The notes under the pieces are model-generated. The model was not told the origin of the DNA. It worked only from the letters and a program-made list of their open reading frames with translations, and made no database searches. The position numbers and the translations under genes are program-made. Of a DNA stretch of 32,902 nt, positions 22,696 through 32,902 are shown piece after piece; position 1 is the first letter of the stretch, and every line of letters starts with the position of its first letter. This stretch comes from Neolecta irregularis DAH-3 (taxonomy: Eukaryota): positions 1 to 32,902 of the forward strand of contig LXFE01000323.1 of the NCBI GenBank assembly GCA_001929475.1, given 5' to 3'.

Positions 22696-24087
22696 ATGAG
22701 TATTCTGGCGCTGTCTCCAGAATCCGCCAAAGTGCGGTGGACAGCGCGCGAACTTGCGGTTCTGCGCAGTCTGACTATAGCTGCGAGTGCTATGAGCATG
22801 TGTGCGTGCACGTTGATGCTCTACTGGTTCTACAATCTACGCCGCAAGTCGTTCCGGCTGCAGTCCGTATTTATTCACCGATCCTCTGCTAATAGATAGA
22901 CTTATTATGGCGCTGGTGCTGTGCGACTGCATCCGTGCGGTGTGGGAATTTGCGTATCCCATCGTAATCTGGGCACACCACGACCGCCTCGACCAGGCTG
23001 CGTATTGCCAGGCCACGGGCTTCTTTATTGCTGCGTTTATGGAAGCCGGAGGCATTTGCGTTAGGCGGACTGCACTAACAGGTCAGACTATGCCGTCGTT
23101 GTTATTGCAGTTCACACTGCGCTCTATGTCTTTGCTCCAAACATCACCCGCCCCGGCGACGAAGGCGGCTTGTCCAGGTACAAATCTTGGGTCTTTGCGA
23201 TATGGGCTTTCCTTTCGCTTCTCATGGCCAGTCTCGGGTTTCTCACCCCAACAAAGGGCTATGTTCCCTTGTCTGTCTGGTAACAATTTTGGCTATTTCC
23301 CATTCTCATATCCAGGTGCTATCTGCCATCCAGGCCTCTCACCTGGCGAATGTCCCTGTCCTGGGGCCCCCGCTATTTTATCTTTGCCTTCATCACAGTC
23401 CTCTACATCGCCATCTACGTCTACATCCGCCGCAAATTCAAATTCATCGCCAAAGATCTCGAGATCCCCCATGCAGACTCGAGCGACAGCTTTGCCCTAA
23501 ACCCACACTCCTCCACGCCCCCCGTTCGAATGCAATCTTTTCGAAAATCAAATAGGGTCCTTTTCGCTCGTGCAAATCAATCAAAACAAATACCAGACCG
23601 ACAATCATTTGAAGACGACGGTATCGAGAATCCCCAAATAGCTGCACTCAAAAATTCAAGCAGAGAAGGTCAACCTAGTTTCCAACAAAGGAAACAAATG
23701 GTTAGTCGACAATTACGCCTTTTGTTCGTTTATCCAATGGTTTATATAATCATTTGGATCGTTCCTTTTGCGCATCATATATCCCAATACGACGACGATA
23801 CATTTCGCGATCCAATATTCGGACTCGCTTGTGCAGCTGCCTTTCTAATTCCTCTACAAGGTTTCATAAACGTCTGCGTCTACGCTCGTAATGAAAAACC
23901 ATGGAAAGTATCCCCAGATGGAAGAAGACCTTCAGATACTTCTTTTTCTCCTCAAAACAATAATACAATAAAGCTTCAAATCCTAAACCGTGGATTCCGA
24001 AATTGGGTTTCGAGTACTCTTGCCAACGACGCTTTTATTCGATTAGAAATCCAGGAAGCTGAACCCACTACATTACAAAATAAATAA
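22696..24087 (+). CDS. Glucose-sensing G-protein-coupled receptor, Git3/Gpr1 family
   Basis: Seven hydrophobic segments after removing three short introns. Motifs FRLQLIMAL..CD, YCQATGFF, DYAVVVIAVHTA, WCYLPSRPLTWRMSLSWGPRY, QLRLLFVYPMVYIIIWIVPF and QGFINVCVYARNEKPW. Confidence 0.9.
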
Positions 24088-24376
24088 AAAGAAAGACAAA
24101 ATATGAAATATCCCCCTGACATTATAATTCTTTACACTTTTTTTGGGGTTTTTTATTTTTTTTTCGCAAATGGGAATTGGTTTGTATTTTGTATTTCAAT
24201 AGTCAATCAAGTTTATCAGTAATTGTTAATGTCTGTATATTTAATATATATATAAATATCTATTAATCTAATAGATAGATGCCCCTCTTTACACCCACCA
24301 ATTAAATGCCTAAATGCCCACCTGCACTAATGCAAAACCCCACATCACGTCATTATCCGCAAATAAACATTCGGGT

Positions 24377-25665
24377 TTATTCTCTTGTTTTTACGTAATT
24401 TGCCGGAAAGATACCTTGTTGATTACCAATTCGACCTTTCCACCAATCCTAGCAATTAGCCAAAACAAAAAGAAATAAAACAAGATTGAAGGGGTACGTT
24501 TTGGGAGGGTGTGCGTTTAATTATATCTATTATATCTCCTTTTTTAAACCCGAGATCTCCGGGTCGTTCGGCTTTGAAAGTAAACGATGCGATTGCTTGG
24601 TCATTTCGTAGTATATTTGACTGGGAAGATAATTTATTGGGAATTGATTGCTGGGAAAAGTGGTTTGGTTGGTTGGTACTAGCGACTTGATCGCGAAAAG
24701 GGTTTAAAATATCATCAATGTAGTGATTGTCGTTGTTGATTTCATGGATAGTTGCCCTTCGAGAAGAGTGGAAAGGGTTGCCTCGTTTCCATGGTAGAGA
24801 ATTACTTCTTGAGCGGCTATCAGATGAATTTCTACCCCAGTCGTCGTCGTTGTCGTCGGTATAGTTGAAATCAGGGATATCGGAGAACGAATCACGTCGA
24901 TCGATGCCGTCTGCTCGGAAAGCGCGGGTATTTAGGATAGCGTATAGAGGATCTGCTCCGAGAGGGGGATCAATTGCTCCACTGAGAATTTGATTCGCAG
25001 TTACTTTTGCGCGGTAAAAGTTTTTGTTTGCGTCCTTGCGTTCGATGAGGGCACTTCCTTCAAGACTGATTCCAGCAAATAAACCCTTTGTTTTAGAGTA
25101 TGCGAATACAGCGGCGACTGATTTCAGACTTGCTCCGCCTGCTGCTTCGACATTGCGACCTAATGGGCCGAGAGCAACTGATATGTTTCCTCCGAGGGTG
25201 ATGCTTCCTGCTTGGGAAAAGGTCTTTACAGCGGCTTGGTCGTTGAGGATGAATATGACTATGATTAGCAGGTTAGCGAATCCAGTTACAATCTGTGATT
25301 TCTCCGCCAATTTGTCCGCCAAAGCCTGTTTAATGAGTACCGGTGATACGAGGCGTATACCCATGCCGCCCATGATAATGGCAGAGGGAGCAGACCAGTT
25401 GCCGTTTGCAAGGCGTGCGATAACAAGACCGGACCCAACTCTTCCAGTAAAGAGGAAACCAGCCTTGAGTACAGTAATGATAGCAAGGCCTTTAGCATTG
25501 CGGAGGACGGAGGGGGGGATGACTTTGTCTGAACCGAATGTGTTTGACGGTTTTACAAAGGATGTGAGTATACGAGCACATTTGCGACATTCGCCTGGAG
25601 GGTGAGCTATATTACTATGGATAAATACTGGTCAGGGTATTGGGCAGCGGCGAATGGATGCCCAT
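24377..25665 (-). CDS. YSC84: SYLF (Ysc84 actin-binding) plus SH3 protein, Ysc84/Lsb3 family
   Basis: MGIHSPLP..SECRKCARIL, IPPSVLRNAKGLAIITVLKAGF, WSAPSAI, GFGGQIGGEITDFIFILN and FAYSKTKGLFAGISLEGS. C-terminal SH3 GDLGFKKGDII..DWWKG..GIFPANYV. Four introns. Confidence 0.92.
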
Positions 25666-26190
25666 GATTGCTTGGAGTAGAGGGTAGCGGAGTGGTTTAC
25701 GCCAAGCTTGCTAATTAGCGGCCTTTGGGTATAAAACGCTGTGGCTAGATCGCGTTTTGAAGGAGTGACTTTTGACCAGTGAGTCTTTTTCTCGTTCTAT
25801 ATGTCTGAGACAAGTATTTGCCGGCCCCAGTCTTGCGCGGGTGATGTCCATTTGCCGAGATGCCGTTTGGCTGAGCAGGCAAAACGGGCAGAGTCGGCAG
25901 ATGTACTGTCTGTGCTTTAATGTACTTGCGGTAGCGTACTTTGTGTATGTATTGTATTATGCTGGGATGGCTGCTGTAAACACTGCCATGCCGCTGCTCC
26001 TTTTTCTTGCTGCAACCTCCAAGACTATCTTGCAGACTTGTTGCAGACGTCGTGCAGGCTGTTGCAGACGTATCGCAGACTGAATTTATTTCAGCCGCAT
26101 CAGGCGATTTGCAAAAAAGAGGGCGCGCTCCACCTGAAACCGGCTCGTGGATGAGCCTCGCGGGATCCGCCAAACCCTAAAACTCTTTAA

Positions 26191-27999
<1,809 letters not shown>

Positions 28000-28197
28000 G
28001 TGATTTGTCGTTTTGTTGGAGTTTTCTTTTTGGCAATCTCTGGGGTCTATCTTTTTTTTGTTTTCTCAAGTTTGTTTTATTTCTCTTTTAACATGGCACG
28101 TCATATCTTTTTGTATCTGTAGAAAATTCAGCTTTTGGGCTGTCACCTATAAGGTAGCTATAGATTCAAATCGACATCCTCTCCACATTTGACTTTG

Positions 28198-30137
28198 ATG
28201 TTTCGACCACAACCAAACCCCTATGACGAAATAGTCGGTATATTCTTCAGCCGCATAAAAGCAGGCGGGTGACGTGATAGTCAAAGCGACAGACGAGAAT
28301 CTCACAAGCGAGAATTGGGAATATATATTAGACGTTTGCGATAAGGTAAACGGGAATCCAGATACCGGGTATATAAAGCACGTCGCTAGTCCCGTGCTTA
28401 TTGCTTGGACCCAAAGATGCTGTTGCCGCTGCCCTGAAACGATTCAGCCATCGAAGCGCAAATGTACAACTATACGCACTCGCTGTATACCGTCCTGTTC
28501 CTCCAGTTTGATATTTACACGGGCAGCTGGCGAATGCGCTTAGTCAAAATTGCGGGACCAAGATCCATCGTGAATTGGCTTCACGAACATTCACGCAATC
28601 GTTGTCTAGATTAATTGGCGATCGCGTATGCATTTTGTATTGTGTGGTCTCATCAAGTTAGAACGTACATAAAAGCGTCAAGGGTCGTGCATTCGAACTC
28701 ATCGAGTCATGGGTGGAAGAATATAAAAGTGATCCGTCACTAGGTCTTATGGCGGAAGCCTACAAGCAATTAAAATCACAGAGTACCTGTCCATTCAAGT
28801 GAAAATTGAGGTATAGATCTTGATATACCGCCTCCATCGAAACCCCAGAAACACGAAATCACTCAATCTGATCGGCGAAGAGAGGAAGATGAACTTCAAA
28901 TGGCTCTTGCTTTGTCGTTGAGCGATAGCGTTAGTATATCGGATAGAAAGACCCCGCAATCGTCGTCGTCGTTTTCACAGGCTCAGCATACTCTACAACC
29001 TCCTTTTGAACAACCAAGAACACCGGCTCCTGCTCATACCACCGCCGCAACGGTGTCGCGTGTTCGAGGTCTATACGATTTTGTCCCCTCTGAAGCAGGT
29101 GAATTAGCTTTTCGAAAGGGAGATATCATCACCGTTCTTGAATCAGTGTACAAAGACTGGTGGCGAGGTTCACTCCGCGGTATAGTTGGAATATTCCCTA
29201 TCAATTATGTAGAAATTGTTCCCGATCCAACGCAAGAAGATCTCCGAAAGGAGGCTGAAGATGAAGCTAAAGTGTTTTCTGAAGGAAAGAATGTTGAGAA
29301 ACTGCTTGTCTTGTTGACTGAGAATGAAGGAGGCAGAGATTTATCTGAAGATGAGCAGCTGCAGGTATATGTTTTATGGCAAGGTTTCTGATTTATAGAC
29401 GTTGTATCATTCAGCAATTTCAGTACGACCAAAGTTGGTAAGTTTGATTGAAAAATATTCGCAGAAACGAGGTTTGATTGACTTTTTCATTCTTGTTTAT
29501 ATTAGATGAGCTTATTACACTCAATGATCGGTTTCTCAAGGCACGTAGGGATTACGATGCGCTGATGGAAGCATCTGTCGCTCAATTCTCACGACCAGAA
29601 GCCTCGATGGGTTATTATCAGCCGTCCAAGGCCCCACCATCTCGACGAGACGAGCGACCACTGGCCGAGACAAAACCTTTTGAACCGTATCAAGCTCCGC
29701 AACATGCGTCTCGCCCAGAGGTTTATGCACCAGTGTACCAAGCTCCACAATCTGAACCGCCGTATGTTCAACATGGCGGTCGACCTGCTGCTAGACCAGA
29801 TATTCGACAAGACTACACCCAACCGGGAACCTCTCGACCATATCCTCCACAAAGCTACGACCAACCCCCGTCCAGCCACCCCCCGTATCCAGTCGACGAT
29901 GCGGTAGACTATCGAGATCCTGCCTATCGTGCGTCCACACCGCCTCTAGTGTCATCCGACGTTTACCAACACCCGCCTCTAGCGTCATCCGACGTTTACC
30001 AACACCCGCCACAACCCGCGCGCACCGACCCCCGACACCCACGAGTATCACCTGGAACAATGGCAGGCATAGGAGACTATTACCGGCAGAAAGATAACGT
30101 GGCCGATGAACTCTTTCTTCCGCGAAATACCGGATGA
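28198..30137 (+). CDS. HSE1: ESCRT-0 subunit Hse1/STAM (VHS-UIM-SH3-GAT)
   Basis: [51 protein letters not shown]3: [29 protein letters not shown]. Pro/Gln/Tyr-rich tail. Confidence 0.95.
29940..30010 (+). repeat. 33-bp in-frame tandem duplication in HSE1 ([11 protein letters not shown] / [11 protein letters not shown])
   Basis: Units 29940-29972 and 29973-30005 differ by one T/C. Confidence 0.95.
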
Positions 30138-30238
30138 TTTGATAATAAGTTTCCCTTTTTTTCTATATTTTTCGACTAGCTGCAATACATTTGAGCATAT
30201 TTTTCCAAATATATTTAACCACCACACCTACCTGCTTT

Positions 30239-31363
30239 ATGGCTGCTCAACGTACCTGCAAAGAGGAAACGTTAATATTCCTTGGAACCGTACTTCTCTT
30301 TGAAATACCTCGATGACGAGTTTGAGGGTACGAGTAGTTCTATTCCTGTTATCGGCTGTTTAACTCGACAATCGCCTTGTTGTAAAGTATGTCTGTCGTC
30401 TATACAACCCGACTCGAAGAACCGGAGAAGAAATACGTCGGCGCTGGTGCGAGTCAGGTATTGCTATTTTAGCGGGGCTGGTTTCACAGAAAGGACACCG
30501 GACGGGGTAAAGTGAGTTTAGAGATTGTCCTTGTGTTTCTTATCAGCGTGCTAGAAATATCTTGATTGACGCAGGAAAGACGTTTTATGGTAAATCATCG
30601 TGTTTTGTTTCTGATATCTAGAATCGGCATTACTTGTCTTTCCCAAATACGGCCTGCGACAAATCGATGCACTGTTACTATCACATAATCACTGCGAGTA
30701 TTCTGAAGCCGATTACGCGGCTGATCTAGTGCGGCAAACGGTCTTGATGATCTACGAGGGTGGACTTTGGGCGGGTTTGTCCAAGAGTATATTGACGTAT
30801 ACTGCGATCAAGCAACGTTTCATTCGGTAAGAACGATGTTTCCGTTTCTAGTGGATATCAGCAAAGCTACCGGCGGCGGCGATGTTGTTCGTAAATTTAC
30901 CCCTGAAGCGATCTAGCTTACAGACCAAGGGTTCAAATGGCATGTCATCGATCCAATCGAGCCGTTTCAAATAGAGGCCGGGGGTATCCAGGTTCAAGCT
31001 CTGCAAGTCGAGCATGGATTCTATTCTAGTGGTTTGCCTTACTATTGTCTTGGTTTCCGCATTGGCGAGTTTTCGTATATCTCGGATACCAGCGCCGTTC
31101 CGGAACGCACAAAGACGCTATTACACGGAACTAAAGTCCTCGTTCTCGACGCCCTGCGAGATAAACCCCATCCAAGTCATTTTTCAATCAACCAGGCGCT
31201 TGGTTTTGTAAAGAGTTTGCATCCGCCACCCCTACAAACATACTTGACTGGATTCTCCCACGATGTAAATCACTATGAACTCGAGAAACGGTTGGTCAAG
31301 GATACTAGTATCAATATTACACCTTGCTTTGATGGCCAAAAGGTTGAATTGGATTATTGCTAG
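30239..31363 (+). CDS. Metallo-beta-lactamase-fold hydrolase, PhnP-like (S. pombe SPCC777.06c type)
   Basis: Spliced LIFLGT|GTSSSIP..C..CKVC, KNRRRNTS, NILIDAGKTFY, LLSHNHCDAANGLDDLRGW, VEHG, FSYISDTS, VLDALR..HPSHF and GFSHDVNH. Confidence 0.88.
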
Positions 31364-31457
31364 AAAGATATCTTGATAAATAAATTTACCACCCCGAGTT
31401 TTACCCAACTAGTACATCTAAATCTTTATGCAAAAACTGTAGTGATTGGCGCTGATG

Positions 31458-32902
31458 TTAGGCATCGTAGGTAGGTATAATAGCTTTGAGTGCTGCGATT
31501 AAAAGATGGTTTGGCTTGACCTCTTTTCGCCACAGAGTTTTGCGGGCTTCTTCTTCTTGAGGATCGATTTTGGCGTTGACGTCGGTGTTGGTGTAGGCTT
31601 TCAACAAGGAGGTGCGACAGGAAGGACATTTCGGACCAAAGCCTACAATGAGATTGAACACGGTGGTGGAGTACCTTCAACACTGCTCTCCAAGCAACCT
31701 CTGCAAGCGGTATGGCCACAGTAGGTGGATACTGGCGGGTTTTTAACAAAGTCGTAGCAGACCGGGCAGGTGAAATGAGATTGCAAGGCTTCGATGAAGT
31801 CGCCCATGCTGTACAAGACTTTATCGGTCAAGATTGCCTGCCACGTCCGCGCATTCACCTTGTCGGCATCAATCAGTTTTTTGAGGGACGCAGACGGCTC
31901 CCAAAGCTTTCGAGATTTTTTGACAAGGGCAGCGGCGATGTTGCCGTCGGCTTTCCGTTTCGACTTGGGGTCGTCTTTTGTTTGCTTGTCGGTGGTTGGA
32001 TTGTAGTTGTCGGGGACGACCATTTCCAGTCCAAGTTCAGCGATGAGTTTTTTGCCTGCGACGGTCCAGGGAGCCGGTGCTTTATCGTCCCGGAAGAATT
32101 CGTATCTCCAAACGATGAACCCTGTTGAGCCTTTCTCTGGCCAGTACTATACTCAGACGGGTGATGGTGGGAGATACCCTCTTGAGGCGATAAATGCCAT
32201 CATAGCGGCACCCTTGATCTGGGGCAAATTTTGGGTGGTGCTTTTTCAATTTTTCTGTTCTAACGACGCGAACAGGTTTGGAATTTTTCCAGTTCTTGGC
32301 TTCAGCCCCCTTGTTTGGATTTATGGGAGCATCGCAGGTCATTGCCAAGGCCAAGTTTTGCTTTGCAAGAGTCTGGTCGAGTGTTTGTTCTGCGGTTCTC
32401 CTGTTTCCGGTTTTGAGATCACGGCCACCGGAACCAGTGTAGACAAAACTGTCTCCGTCGTCGATGTCTTCGGGATATCCAGCAGCGAGCACAATGGACT
32501 GAGCGCCGCCGGCATTTGCTGAACCGGCGATTCCGCCTACTGGAGGCCTACAAGGTTGGTGTGTATATTTTGGGCGAGGACCTGTGAATGCCCGCCTCGC
32601 TGACGCCCATTCTGAATTTCCACGTCTGGCCGACTTCGATCCCGGGGATGGGGCCAAAGTGGTCTTTTGCAACAATGGTGCACTGGGCGATCAGAGCAGG
32701 GACCGCAAGGGCATACTTCTTTTGAGCGGCCGACGCATGCCATGCCCCTGCCCCAGTCTTTGGTCTGGGTTGCCGAGGGCATCTTTGACTTTTTGCTCTT
32801 TGAGACATCGATTGAGTCTCCGGCCTTGACAAAGCTGCTAATGTCGAGGGTGCAGTCTTTGCAGAACCTTTGGATGAGCAACGAGGCAGCGCGGGGGGGG
32901 GG
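31458..32902 (-). CDS. UHRF1: UHRF1-like E3 ligase (end of PHD finger, SRA/YDG domain, C3HC4 RING), 5' part outside window
   Basis: Spliced: (W)[98 protein letters not shown]...CPSCR. Introns of 31-34 nt. Confidence 0.93.

Noticed and set aside
25024..25605. Long antisense ORFs (also 32007-32522, 31712-32128, 443-805, 1356-1694)
   Set aside because: Shadows of well-supported genes on the opposite strand.
32892..32902. Poly-G as a telomere or G-quadruplex element
   Set aside because: It lies in a UHRF1 intron at the window edge; too short and truncated to interpret.
31458..32902. UHRF1 as animal contamination or recent HGT
   Set aside because: It is contiguous with fungal genes and has the same 31-34 nt intron style. 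Ancient HGT can only be excluded by phylogeny.

Overview
Gene-dense fungal genomic DNA. Protein resemblances, very short spacers and roughly 31-49 nt introns suggest an early-diverging ascomycete (Taphrinomycotina, possibly Neolecta-like); this is inference. After manual splicing the window holds 13 conserved genes: Nuf2, an Rdl1-like Shu subunit, a Leu5-type mitochondrial carrier, aminopeptidase P, Atp25, DcpS, Scc2/Mis4, a UCH deubiquitinase, a Git3/Gpr1 GPCR, Ysc84, Ste20, Hse1 and a PhnP-like MBL hydrolase. At the right edge is a 5'-truncated, strikingly animal-like UHRF1 (PHD-SRA-RING). Two accessory islands are not explained by the ORF track. (1) At 2.8-6.6 kb is a tandem family of small secreted Cys-rich proteins with two degenerate LysM-like modules: two intact copies and one pseudogene, whose promoters and introns are better conserved than the mature proteins. 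(2) At 14649-15384 is a non-autonomous hAT-like element with TIRs, a decayed 8-bp TSD and transition-dominated decay. All family assignments come from motif recognition and recall; no searches were run.
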